Shown here: positions 1 through 12,222 of the stretch, piece after piece
How positions within the stretch are numbered: position 1 is the stretch's first letter
Layout: every line of letters starts with the position of its first letter
Source of the DNA: Utricularia gibba
Taxonomy: Eukaryota > Plantae > Magnoliophyta
Direction of reading: 5' to 3'
Assembly: GCA_002189035.1 (NCBI GenBank)
Contig: CM007992.1
Coordinates: 1,550,001 to 1,614,000 of the forward strand
Length of the DNA stretch: 64,000 nt
The notes under the pieces: model-generated
Database searches by the model: none
The model's input: the letters and a program-made list of their open reading frames with translations, nothing else
Told to the model about the DNA's origin: nothing
Position numbers and translations under genes: made by a program

Positions 1-1440
1 ATGAGATGACTCCTCCCTACTCCCCTGAGTCAAATGGAGTTGTTGAGAGAAAGAATAGGATATTGAAGAAAATGATGAATTCAATACTTATTACTTATGG
101 CACTCCAAATGAAATGTGAGGGGAAGCGATTCTCACAGCCTGTCATGGAAAGGCTATATACCAAAACTTAAGTATTTAAGGGTGTGGGGGTGTTTAGAAA
201 AAATGATGTTATCTGATCCTAAGAAAAGGAAGATTGGATCAACAACATCTGATTGTCTGTTCATAGGATATGAACAGGGGAGTACCGCATGTCGATTCCT
301 TGTGATCAAGAGTGATGTCCTTGATCGGCTACAATACTAGAAACAAAGAATGCATAATTCTTTGGGAGCATCTTTTCCTCTAGCAGAAAAACAACAAGAT
401 GGTGGTGCTAAGACACCTAGCATTGAACCTACTGAAACTAGTGAACCCTTGGAGGAAGTGCCTCTAAGATGAAGCAAAAGCCAGAGGACAGAGTTTAACT
501 TCGGTAATGACTTCTATGTGTACCTCACTAGTGAAGATCCTCTAACCTACGACAATGCAATTAGTTCCCCAGATGCTTCATTGTGGATGGAGGCCATTCA
601 GAGTGAGATGGATTCGCTCCATCATAAAAAGGTATGGGAAGTATGACCTACCTCTTAAGGCATAGACAAAATGAGAGCAAGTGGATCTTTAAGAAAAAGC
701 TCCTAGCAAATGGTAAAGTAGACAAATACAAGGCTCGCCTTGTAACAAAGGGTTTCACTTAGAAACTAGGTGTTGACTACTTTGAGACATTTGCCCTAGT
801 GGTTCATGGCACAATTGGACAGTTCACCAAATGGATGTCTAAACGGCCTTCTTGAATGGTGAATTGGAGGAAGAAATCTACATGTTTCAGCCTGAGGGTT
901 GCATAAAAGCTGGAGATGAACATAAAGTATGTCAACTGAAGAAGTCATTGTATGGCTTGAAACAAGCACCTAAATAGTGGTATGAGAAATTTGATGAAGT
1001 CATAACATCATCAGGCTTCACATCAAATCTAGGTGAAAGATGTGTTTACTCTAAGACGTTTAATGATCAATGTGTGATCATCACCCTTTATGTAGATGAT
1101 ATGCTAATCTTTGGATCAAACCTAGACACTGTACCGAAGGCCAAGAAATTCTTAACCTCTAAATTTGAGATGAAGGACATGGGTGAAGCTAACTACATAT
1201 TGGGCATCAAAATTGTGTGAAATGAAGAAGGGTTTCTACTGACTCATAGTCATTACACTGAGAAACTCTTAGAGAAGTTTGGTTTCCATGAGGCGAAACC
1301 GACTCGAACTCCATATGATCCCAGTATTAGCTTAAAGAAAAATAGAGATGACTGTATGTCTTAGAGTGAATATGCTCAAATAATAGGAAGTATGATGTAT
1401 CTAATGAATCATACCCGACTTCACATAGCATATGCAGTGA

Positions 1441-2697
1441 TGTTGTGTGTCGTTTCCTCAAAAAAATTTAAATATTTATAAAACGTAAAACATAAAGAGC
1501 AAAGTAGTGTGTCAATCTTAGGGAGTTGTTTTTCTTGAAAATTGTTTTGTAAGAAACTTCTACAAAATGTCACGGTTTTGTAAAAGGGCGTTTGCGAAAT
1601 GCAGAAATGAAAGATACAACCTAAGTGATGGGCCTTGACTATGGGACGCAGTTCCTGGGAATGAGATTCCGTCTCCTTCCTTTGTCTATCCTCGCCTTCA
1701 GTTTTCTTTGATTCCTTCTAAATAGCTGGTTATAGAAGCAAGGAATAGCCTACTCTCACTTACACTCTGATTGACAAGGAGGCACGGGAATAGCCTCATG
1801 CGATTCCCCCTTGGAAGATTAAGAAGACAAGAGAATTCCCTCTGATTGCCTTTAAAACAGAATTGCGCGTGTGTGCCCAGCTGTTGCCAATGGCCAGTGG
1901 TAGGCACGAGGTCACTACCTATCCACTGTCGTGATACCTCGGCCACAAACAATCCGCTACTTCCTTTGAACCAGTAGGGTTGAAATTGGTGCTCTTCACC
2001 TTCATCTTCACCAAAATCCACAAGGAGTGGCCTGCTACTCATGGACCTTGACTAGGAGTCGTTACAAAAAGACTGCAACAAGATGTATGGAAGTATGTGA
2101 AATCCGAAATGAATTCAACGAAGAACCGAGTAGATTGCTCAAGACTTAGAAGGTAACTTCATCTTCTCCTAGAAACTAAAAATGTTTTAGCCCAAAAGGG
2201 TCATGAAAACATAAATGAAAATGGAAGCTAAGTGTTCTTCCTCCTTGGAGGGGAGGAAGAACCCAAAAGTTACAAGTACAGAAATAAAGGTTGAAAAGTT
2301 TGAAAATAAGTGTTCCAAGTTGATTGTATATCACTCCCCACGTGCATTAACTCCTTCTGGTCCTCTTCCCATCATTCCTTTTGTCTTGACTCTGACATAC
2401 CGTAAGTCAGGGGCCTTGACCAGTGTTAGTTTTCCACCCACAATCGTTCCAAGTCACGCACAAGGCATGAAAAGTCTGAGTCTGACCACCTACAATACTT
2501 CTACAATACTCCACGACTGCCTCCTAACATATCTCGGTCAAAGTGCACGAAAAAGACAAGGAAAATATATACCAAATAGGAAAATAGGATTTTTCTAGAA
2601 AAATCAATTACTTATCAATATAATTCCTAATTGAGCGACTTAACACAAGATCACACATAATAATATCTAATAATACACTAGAAAATGGCACTTAACA
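1441..2697 (-). mobile_element. Solo LTR (probably Gypsy) inserted into the Copia pol
   Basis: Termini TGTT...AACA. 5-bp TSD AGTGA (1436-1440) / AGTGG (2698-2702), one mismatch. No internal domain. Reverse-complement homology to 4591-5931, e.g. GGCACACACGCGCAATTC and GTAGTGACCTCGT. Strand is only relative to that second copy; Gypsy assignment is inferred from length and termini. Confidence 0.85.
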
Positions 2698-3493
2698 AGT
2701 GGGTAGATTGAGTAAATACACATATAACCCAAAGTAATTGGGTAGTTGTGAGATGGTTATTGAGATACCTCAAAGAGACAACTAATTATGACATTCAATA
2801 TTATAGCGAACCCGCTATACTCAAGGGATACAGTGATGCTAGCTGGATATTTGGGACAGAAGAGCCAAAGACTACAAGTGGAATGATTTTCACATTGGGC
2901 AAAGAAACTATGTTATGGAAATACACTAAACAAACCTTGATAGCTAGATCAACAATGGAAGCTGAGTTCATTGTACTAGATCTAGTAGAAATTGAGACTG
3001 AGTGGTTGAGAAACTATGTGATGGGAATCTCACTCAAGTAACACAAATCTTTCTTAGTGGTGCTGCATTGTCACTGTCAAGCAGCAATGGCCACTACCAA
3101 GAATCGATCCTATAACGAAAGAAATATACACATGTGACTGAGGCATGGAACATTGAGGCAGCTGTTGAAAACCGGTGTGATATCCATTGAATACATGAGA
3201 AGGTCAATGAATTTGACCGATCCATTGACCAAACCTCTCAATAAAAAGAAGATCTGTGAGCTTTCGAGGGAATGAGACTAATGCCGTTAAGCAAATGGCA
3301 ATGATGGTAACCCAACCTGTGAGAGGAGAAACACCTTGGATAATAACAAATCACTGCTAGTTCTGAAAACATAACTCTTGGCAAGTGGTAATTGCTATGA
3401 AACATGTGTTCTACCTGCAAAGTGAAGTATGAGTACTTACTCCTAATGTCTATGTAGCTGATGAAATTAAGTAACGCATATAAGTAGGGTGTG

Positions 3494-4045
3494 TAGGGAT
3501 GAAACTTAAAGCCCAAGCTTGTGGGCCGGGTCAGCCCCGGCCCTAAAAAACATCGAGCTTGGGTTCATACATTGATGACCCAAAAGATTGTCGGGCTTTA
3601 TGGCCCAAAGCTTTAAGCCCTTAGGGCCGATTGGGCTTCGGGCCTTAAAGCCCTATGGGCCTAGGGCCAATTTAAAAATATAATTTTTATATATAATAAT
3701 TATAATTATTTTTAATTTTGAATAATTTAAATTCATTATATATATATTTTAAGGGTAGATAATATGAATTAATAATTTATATAATAATTTTAAATTTTTT
3801 TCTATAAATTATTTAAATAATATTAAAATATAGATTAATGGTTAATAATTTTTTAAATTTTTTATTTATTATATGATAAGCCCGTGGGCTAGGTAGGGCC
3901 AGCCCGACCTTATGAATAATCGGCCTAGGACCATGTGAATCATATTTTTATATGATCAGGCTTTAGCCTGAACCTAGTCCAAAAGTTAGCGAGGCCCTCT
4001 AAAATAAGGTCGGGCCAGCCTGGATTGGCCCAACTTTCATCTTTA
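3494..4045. mobile_element. Non-autonomous hAT (Ds-like) element, 552 bp
   Basis: Left TIR TAGGGATGAAA (3494-3504), right TIR TTTCATCTTTA (4035-4045, 2 mismatches). Perfect 8-bp TSD AGGGTGTG (3486-3493 / 4046-4053). GGGCC-rich subtermini around an AT-rich core. Confidence 0.9.
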
Positions 4046-4365
4046 AGGGTGTGTTAGGCAGAGACACCTATATAAGTGTGGAGGATAGCTGCTCCTATGA
4101 GATATATATGATCTCTAGAGCACTTATGAATCAACATGAGCTTCATTGGACTTATGGGTGCGCTTGAGCATTAAACATTCAATAATTGTGGGGGTGGGCT
4201 TAATATGATTGACTATACCTCTATATCACAAAATAGTATTCGGTTTATAGAAATACAATTTCACTATCTACTTAGTGATATATGTGTAAGGCAATCAAGA
4301 GACTGATTCATAATTGAAAGATACCATTCTCCATACATTAAAGCCTACATGACTTGGACCTTCTC

Positions 4366-7300
4366 CAAGTTTAGATTTTGTGGGGAACTAACTGCCCAAG
4401 TGATAAGGAGTCCTAATCAGCAAGCATAAGCATGCATACCACATATATTTGGTTGGTTTTCACTCATTTCCCCCGTCGCCCATTCCCTCGTTTCAAACTC
4501 ACCAACACCCCATAAAAAAAAGTAAAAAATAGCACCTTCTTATATTTGTTAACTTGTGATGAGATAATACTTATGTTCCTTGTGATACCGTGTTAAGTGT
4601 CATTTTCTTACTATTTCTTAGGTTGTTTTTATGTTTAATTGTAATTAGAAGCGTCTAATTAGGGGTCTATAATATGATATTTAGGTTTTTATGTAGTTTA
4701 GGACAATTATCCTAAATCTTGTATTTTATCTATTAATTTTACTAGTTTTAATTCAGTTTTTCTAGAGGCGCACACATGGCAGGAAGTGAGAGAAAGAGAG
4801 CATCAGATGGCGACAAATTGGATCTTCCCGAGCTGACACTCTCTTGATTTCCGGAAGACTGCAGACACTTAATCATGAGCCTTGACATGCGGAACACGGG
4901 AGTTTCTGACAGGCGACATCATTAGCGTACTAGTGTCAAACGTTGCTTGCAAGTCATCCCAAGTTCAGCAAAATTACAGGGACACGAAATTTCAGACTCT
5001 CATTGAAGTTCAATTGTGTTCAGATGTTAGAAGTAGTAGTTAGTTTAGTTTTCACTTTTGTTTTTCTCTCTCTAGAGGAATTTTACTCTAACTTCTCTCT
5101 AGAACCTTGTTTCGTTTTCTTTAGTTTGTATGGCCGTTCGTGGCTAGAAACTTCCGTTTCTGGGTTGGAACACCACCAAATCTATGTTTTGTTAGCTTAT
5201 CTTCACATTTTCTCTGAATCCAAACGGGTTTTGTATGTCTTCGCGCGACTATGTTGCAGTCTTTCTATAACAGTCCCCTTATTCAAGATTCATGGTTAGC
5301 TGATCAATTCCTGCGAGTTTTGGAGAGGAGCAAGGCACTAACTCATGCCCTTTTGGCAGGAGGAAGACTACGTTTTATCTGTGGCCGTACCTCAGGATCA
5401 ATGGACAAGTAGTGACCTCGTATCTGGACTCATTGGATCATTGGCAACACTTGGGCACACACGCGCAATTCGGCCATGAGGGTACACTAGCAGGACCTCT
5501 TATTCTCACGTTCGTCCAAGGAGGAGCAACAACGGGCTATTCCCATGCCTTCTTGCAAGAGAGTGTAAGGGAGGGTAGGCAATTCCTTACTCCTATAACC
5601 GAGTACTCGAGAAGACCAGAGAAGAGTGAAGACGCAACGAACATAGCTGGATGGGATTCCAAACCAAGAAACATTTACTTTATTTAAGGTTCATCGCTTA
5701 CGTTTATTTCAGCTGTTTATTCAAAACCCCTCTTATTCCCTTACTCAAGCTTCATCACCAACGTTTCTCGCACCTTTTACTTTCAAAACCGTTTACAAAT
5801 CGTGACAGTTGTATTCGGGGTACCTCACATTTTACTCAAAAACAACTCTCTATGTTCGACACCTGTACTACGCTTTTGTGTTTTACAAGTTTTAAAAGTA
5901 TTAAAATTTTTTGTGGAAATGACACGCATCATACCGTGCGAAGCAGATGAACTCTATCTTGAGCAACAACACAGGGAAGAAGATGAAAAAAACGAAAAAA
6001 AAAACTAGCGCAAATATGAATGATTGGGTCTTATGGAACATGTGAAGTAATACTTATCTAACAAATGAAAAAAACAAAGAGGCCCACATGAGTAAGAGCC
6101 CACTAGCAGAGCATGGAGTAAAGATGCAATCCCAATGACTTTTTTCTTTACTGTTGAGTTGCAAATTTATACCTATAAATTGTACATTGTCTAGAAGCTC
6201 TTTTTCTTGATAAAAAAAATACTATGCAACTTTTGCATCTTCACATACTTTTCTTTACCGTTAGTGAGCTACACATACTTTTCCAATATTGGCTTCCAAT
6301 TTTTGTTTTTTTTCATAATTTTTCTTAGAGGATAAGCTTCATCTACTGCACAAATGCAGTGCACAAGCATTGGAGGACAATGAGTTTGTGAAGTCGTATT
6401 TACATCACGTGGATGACTCGTAATATATGTTGTTGGAGCTCCACTGGCATGAATGCGCGGCAGTGTGAAGGGCTCCTGAAAGTGCAACACGTTCCGGAGA
6501 GTCCTGGATGGTTTCCATTTTTCAAAGGAAAAGTTCATACAAAACATAACAAAAAACGCACGCACTTCTAAGGATTTTTAGATCAGCCATGCCAATCAAT
6601 CCTTCGTTTTAGCCACGCACTTCTCGGTTAGTTAGCTTCTTTGCATTTGCTGATGAAAATAAATGAATTGAAGCAAAGAATGTTTTGTAGGTGTTGATGT
6701 AGAAATGCAGCAACAATGTTGCTTCAGGAAAAAACATGTAAATGGGTTACTACCCGTTGCATATACATTACAACCTAGCCACATATTTATAACATTCAGA
6801 AATAGACGTTGGTTTGGAATCTAACAGAATCAAAGCTTCTGGAGCCTCTAGAGTTTTACCCGTTGCATTGTATGTTTGAATCTATGGGCTTTTACTTAGA
6901 GGTTGGAACTTGAGCTTCACTGTTATCATGATTGTCTTCCCAAGGTTCAATCCAATTTATTATGCTGTTGGTCCAGTCGCATATTTCATTTCTTTTATTG
7001 GCCCAATCATACATGTCTGCATTTTTTTCCAAAAATTCCCAGAAGTTGCAACATCAAGAGAGCTTGGTGATCTCATAAAAAATTGAATGAATAATCTCCA
7101 GAAACGATGGCATATGACGGTTTTCTCAGCCCAACTAAAAATCTGTAGTTATCATCAAGGAAACTAGGGTGTTTTTTGAACTAGAAGAGGACTTCAAAAA
7201 AAACATCAGGCTAGCATTTTATCATTTCATTTTTTTTATTAGAACACATCTATAATTATTTGTTGGCAAATAAAAAAATTAATGGGGCGTAATTGTGTTT

Positions 7301-7512
7301 ATATCAATTTCTTGCATGTAAATACAACTCATATTCTCTAATTCGTATATTTAATGGTACTCTAGAGTTAAAATATGTATTCGGATGATATCATGAGAAA
7401 CATGCATAAGTTAAAAAGAGTGAAAATTATCTTAAATTAGTAAAAAAAACAATAAACTGATTGCATGAACTATTTATGAACCAAAAGAATTTAATTATGA
7501 TTATGTCGAATC
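4366..7512 (+). repeat. Third, older copy of the invertase 3'-flanking region, interrupted by a solo LTR and other inserts
   Basis: 4366-4530 matches 36070-36330 directly (CCAAGTTYAGATTYTG..GGGGAACTAACTGCCCA; ACTCACCAACA..AAAAAATAGCACCTT) and the reverse complement of 15420-15580. 6280-6445 matches 36325-36550. 6540-6650 and 7140-7512 match the reverse complements of 15255-15365 and 14865-15235. Confidence 0.85.
4591..5931 (+). mobile_element. Solo LTR (probably Gypsy), same family as 1441-2697, opposite orientation
   Basis: Termini TGTTAAGTG...GACACGCATCA. Perfect 5-bp TSD TACCG (4586-4590 / 5932-5936). Colinear homology with the reverse complement of 1441-2697, including both ends. Confidence 0.9.
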
Positions 7513-7612
7513 TAATTAATATTACAAACAATTGATTTTTTTCAAATAAATGATTATAATAATTTTTATATGATAAACTGCAAAAATTTACAACGGCAAT
7601 GGTGACTGGTGG

Positions 7613-8862
7613 TAGAGCTGGACATGGATCCGGGTTGATCCAAATATCCGACGGATTGATCCATGATGGTCCAATCGTTATCCATAACCATCCAAAAGGG
7701 TATGAGACGGATCGGAGGTGCACGGGTACAGGTTGACTCAGCAAGTCAACGAGTTTGGGTTAGTACTCTTCTAGCCACCTCAAATGTACAATTTCAGTAT
7801 CTAAACCTCAAAGTGTTTCAATGTTTCTTTTAGGTACCTCAAATGTGATATTACAGTACCTCAACGTTAAAGGTTTCAGTGACTCTCTCAAACACTGTAA
7901 ACTTGTAATTGTAGTACCTAAATATTAAATAACTTGAATTTACTCTATCCTAAGTCAACCAATGACCTAGGACAGGTCGGCCTTTATAACTCATTGACTT
8001 GTACCTGTCGAGTCACGAAATCAATTTCCAACCCGGCAGGTTCAACCCGTAACCCACCGGGTCAGACTCGTGCCCAGCTTGAACGGGTGGTGTCGTGCAA
8101 CAAATGACAAAACTGTAGAGAGTTGAACAACACACGACCAGTCATTTGTTGCACGACACCACCATGACATGCAGTGCGAGATCCACGTCGGTACTATGCC
8201 ATAAATACATGGACATAGAGATGGTCACGGGTGGGGTTGCTTAGATTGCATCCAGAATCCATCATTAAGACATAGATCCATCAGGTTCGGGTTTAAATTG
8301 ATATTAATTTGAATATGTTTTAGAAATATTGTAAAATGTATTATTCATTTCATTTTTTATAATAAATTATAAATGGCAATGTTTTACATACAAAAAATAT
8401 CATTAAAATAAATAAAAATCTCAAATGATTGAAAAATCAAAATCCAAGGTTAATTGTTGTAACCTTCAAGTAAAATCATTAAAATATTATATTTTAAATA
8501 TATGCAGCTATAAAAATAAGATCCTAGTTGATCAATACTAACTCTATTAACATACGATTTTTGGTATTATAATTTTTCTGTTAAATATGTACATTTTCAA
8601 TTATTATTATTTTTTATTTCTCATTTGTTGAAGTCTCATATAAAAAAATATTTTAAATAATCATTCACATAAGAATATATATTTAATTAACCAAATATAT
8701 CGGTATGCCGAGTTCGACCACCTACACACCAAACCCGAATCGAAAATTTATGGGTCTTAAATTTCTTGTTCAAACACTACCCCAAAGTATTTATATAGAA
8801 CCAAATCCATCTAAATAATTCAAATCTATCAGATTTGATCTATCGGGTATTACCCAACTCTA
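7613..8862. mobile_element. Probable nested non-autonomous DNA-transposon remnants (hAT-like)
   Basis: TAGAGCTGGACA at 7613 and TACCCAACTCTA ending at 8862 resemble hAT TIRs, with GGATC/AACCC-rich subtermini. The flanks do not form a TSD, so boundaries are uncertain. Confidence 0.35.
8086..8163. repeat. Perfect 23-bp inverted repeat with 32-bp spacer
   Basis: GGTGGTGTCGTGCAACAAATGAC (8086-8108) is the exact reverse complement of GTCATTTGTTGCACGACACCACC (8141-8163). Confidence 0.9.
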
Positions 8863-11345
8863 AGTGGACCTATTACGCCCATCCAAGAATAGGATAGGGA
8901 TGGTGACAATCTGTTGAAATTATTGACGACACATCATTATTTATGGTTTTTAGATAAAAAAAAATTATATGTTTTATATCAAAAATTAGGATTTAGAGTT
9001 AATTATAGTATTTTTAGTAATATTAGATTAGTTTTCATCTTTTGTTCAAATTAGGGGTTAAAGTAATTTATTCCCAACATTCAACTACTAAATACACCAG
9101 CACACTTTTGAGTTACATCCCGAAAGTTCACATCTAACATAATCTACTCTGATATAAAGATAGTAGAAGAGTAATGAGGCTCCAAGGAGATGAGGAAAGA
9201 GAAACAGGAGCAAATAAAAAAAATTTCAAGGAATGGGAAGGGAGACTTTCGAGAGAGAATAAACTATAAAAACCTGAAGATTTTGAAGAACATCGCAAAG
9301 AAGAATAAGAATATCTTTCAATTGCTCAATCACACAACAAACCGTTCCTACTTCTGATTAGTATTAGACCAGAAACGCATCATCTCACTTTTATTTTAAA
9401 CTTGTTCTGTTTTAGCCTACTATTTATCTTTTTCTATTCATCCTCTGATATTATAGAAGTGTTTGCTATGCTCTTTTCTATTTTTATCTTATTTTAATAC
9501 TACAGAAATAGCTAAATAAACAAGTGATCTCTTAGGGTAGAAATGGATGGCTTACTCTTTACCTCGTAGTTTATAATCGATATCTTTTACTCTTTGCATA
9601 TTAAACTAGAATAGAGCTAGTAGATAAAGAGGTGGGAAGGAGAGTAATCTATTTATCCAAACAAAACCTAATTAAAGATAGATCAAAGTTGGAATAAAAA
9701 GAACATTTAAGTAGACCTAAATTTCTTGCAGGATAAAAAGAGTTGCATTTGTTTGAACCGAGAATAGTGTAAAGTATTACACTTCTAGAACCTTGAGGTG
9801 TCAACTTTATCGCTTTTGTATTTTAATCTGATGTGTCATCATGTATATTTTCTACAAATTGTGTTCACGTTTTACTAGCCTCTGGCACCACTAGCCTTGA
9901 AACTCAACCCTCACCGCTTCTGATTTTTATTGTTAAGAATTATATTGTTTAAATTTATTTGATACAAAAGATTTAATATTACAACAACTCATATTCTTCT
10001 ATTTATCACGATGATGGGGGTACAGGAGGCTACTGATTATGAGTGTGCCCAGCTATTAGGGTTCGAACCATTGCTAGTAGCATCTCCATTCTAGAGGGAT
10101 GGCTGTCCCTATGATTGTGACCAGTGACCTTGGAATCGTTGCAAGAGTTTTTTGGAGCATTGGCAATAGCCTCAAATGCAGTTCTCCATTCATCGCCAAA
10201 TGAATCACTCACTGCTCGTTTTGTTGAACAACTATCTGCAATCAAAGATATGTCCAAGCTACCCTTACACTTGATTAATGCATCCTAATGTTGCAAAGAA
10301 CTTGATTAACCGTTCCAAGTCCAAGGGAAAATCTAACTAAAAAACATCCATGTGATGTTGTTGATGGTTGGAAAGTTTTAAAGATATCGTGGGCTTAAAG
10401 GTTTTCATCATTAAAAATAATTTATAAACTAAACAAATAGTTTACATTTTATTCATAAAGAAATTAATATAGTATTAGTAAATTTAAATTGATCCATATA
10501 AAGTAAATAATTTTTAATTGTTAGTCCTATATGTAAATGGAATTAAACATTAGATTTATTTAAAAGTAGTTTTCTACTCTAACTAAAATTTATAAAAGAT
10601 ACCTATGGTTACTTATGGTAGGAGAAAATATCTCTAAGAGTATATATTTTTATCTCTCCACTCACTCACTCCCCGACATGCTAGCCGCCCCACGTTATTA
10701 CTTCTACGTTTGCTTGTTTTCTTCTTTTATGCTTATCTTGCTTGTTTCTGACTTCATAGCAGACCTCCAATTCCTGTCGTACCCTTAAACTAAAAACAAT
10801 TTCATAAATTGGTTAAAACAAACGGCCCAGCTTGAATGAGCAACTGCATATGGGCTTAGACGAACAGTGACGACACCCTACTATTGGACAGGGAAAAAAA
10901 AAAGTGTAAAATGCGTTTTTACCGAAAATACTTTGATCAGCATACATTTTAATATTTTTTCTATTTTAAATCACACAATCCTAACAATCTAACACTAAAA
11001 TTGATTCAAATATGATATAATCTGACACAACATCAGTTGTCATCTGAGATCTTGGAGGTTAGATATTGAGAATCATGAATGCTATTGGTGGATGTAAAAT
11101 TCTATAGAACACAAAGTTAAAGATTTTCTCTGTCAAAAATAATTTTAAACTAAACAAACAATTCATATATCATTTGCAAATGAATTAATGTAGTGGTAGT
11201 AATAAGTCCAAATCGATACACAGAAAATAAACAGTTTTTAATTACTAGTCGTATGCGTAAGTGGAATTAAATAAAGTGGTTCGTATAGAAATGAATTTCT
11301 ACATTAAATATGGCTTTTAATGTAGAGCTTGCTAGCCTCACCAAT

Positions 11346-12222
11346 GGATAGTTTCAATAGAGGTGGGCAAGAATATGGATCAATTCGTTGACTCGGCGAG
11401 TTGATTGGTGACTCGTACTCATGCGAAAATAAGTATGAGTCGCTAAATTAGCTTATTTTTTAATAAAAAAATATTTTAGATTAATGTAATGATTCATTAA
11501 TTTTTTTATCAAGTCTAATTATTATACCCAAGTTCTAACCAACAAAAGATAGTACCGTGACTTTGACACTAATTTTTCAAATCTCAAATCTAGGATTTAA
11601 AAAAGTTTTGATTTTATCATTTTCTTCATGTTTGCAATAGTATTTTTAAACTGATTTCTTCTGCCATTTTATTGTTTTTCACTACTTGTGACTTTTTATC
11701 TTAATTCTTTGCATTTTTATTTATGTATAATTTTTGTAGATGGTTGAATCCTTGAACCCTTCTGTCCCACAGTTACATGATTAAAGCATTGATGTTATGC
11801 CATAGAAATGGAGGATGAATGTATTAGCGATGCCGAATGAGCTTCTTCAATCTAGAACAAGGGCAAATCATCTTTGCTAGATTGACATGATCATTTCATG
11901 TATGACATGAACATATATTCTGCATAAGTATGTTTTGTGAATAATTTTTCTTTTTTTACATCAAGTATTTTAATTTGATTAATTGATTTTAATTCTGTTG
12001 CTTGCTGTACATAAATCGAGTCAAGGATCAACTTGTGACGGGTTGGACTCGACAAGTCCAATTACTCACCTTTGACTCATCTAACTTGACCTGAACTCGT
12101 ACGAGTTGGACCCATGCCCACCTCTAATTTTCAATCAAGGGGTTACTCTCACTAGTGGATTCCATGAACAATGGCACCAACCATGAGTGGGGTGATATCT
12201 TTGTATGCCAACATTTAAATTG
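11346..12222 (+). pseudogene. Small GDSL esterase/lipase relic split by the hAT element
   Basis: GGATAGTTTCAA + TCAAGGGGTTACTCTCACTAGTGGATTC...GAGTGGGGTGATAT.TTTGTA.GCCAACATTTAAATTG matches the GDSL relics at 20185-20235 and 30715-30816 (reverse complement). Confidence 0.7.
11358..12126. mobile_element. Non-autonomous hAT element/MITE, 769 bp
   Basis: Perfect 12-bp TIR TAGAGGTGGGCA...TGCCCACCTCTA. 8-bp TSD AGTTTCAA (11350-11357) / ATTTTCAA (12127-12134). The empty site is preserved in paralogous sequence at 30778-30816 (reverse complement). Confidence 0.9.

Larger units (their letters stand above)
1..4360 (+). mobile_element. Degenerate Ty1/Copia retrotransposon, 3' part (integrase end, RT, RNase H, 3' UTR), interrupted by two nested insertions; 5' part lies left of the window
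   Basis: Translation gives integrase PPYSPESNGVVERKNR at 12-60, RT YVDDMLIFGS at ~1089 and RNase H LKGYSDASW...ARSTMEAEF at ~2820-2975. Many stops and frameshifts. The frame resumes across the 1441-2697 insertion (AYAV | GRLSKYT). The right boundary is approximate and no 3' LTR was recognised. Confidence 0.9.

Noticed and set aside
1698-5950. ORFs 1698-2042, 2215-2598, 4943-5299, 5412-5687 and 5651-5950 as genes
   Set aside because: They lie inside solo LTRs and show no recognisable domains.
7613-8862. A single intact hAT element
   Set aside because: TIRs are imperfect and the flanks (ACTGGTGG vs AGTGGACC) do not form a TSD; kept only as low-confidence remnants.
9080-9860. Possible Gypsy LTR fragment
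   Set aside because: Composition is LTR-like, but I could not place TG...CA ends, a TSD, PBS or PPT.
10020-10260. Coding-like patch (AQLLGFEP...) that might be another GDSL exon
   Set aside because: Only weak peptide resemblance and no DNA match to the other GDSL relics that I could verify; needs TBLASTX.
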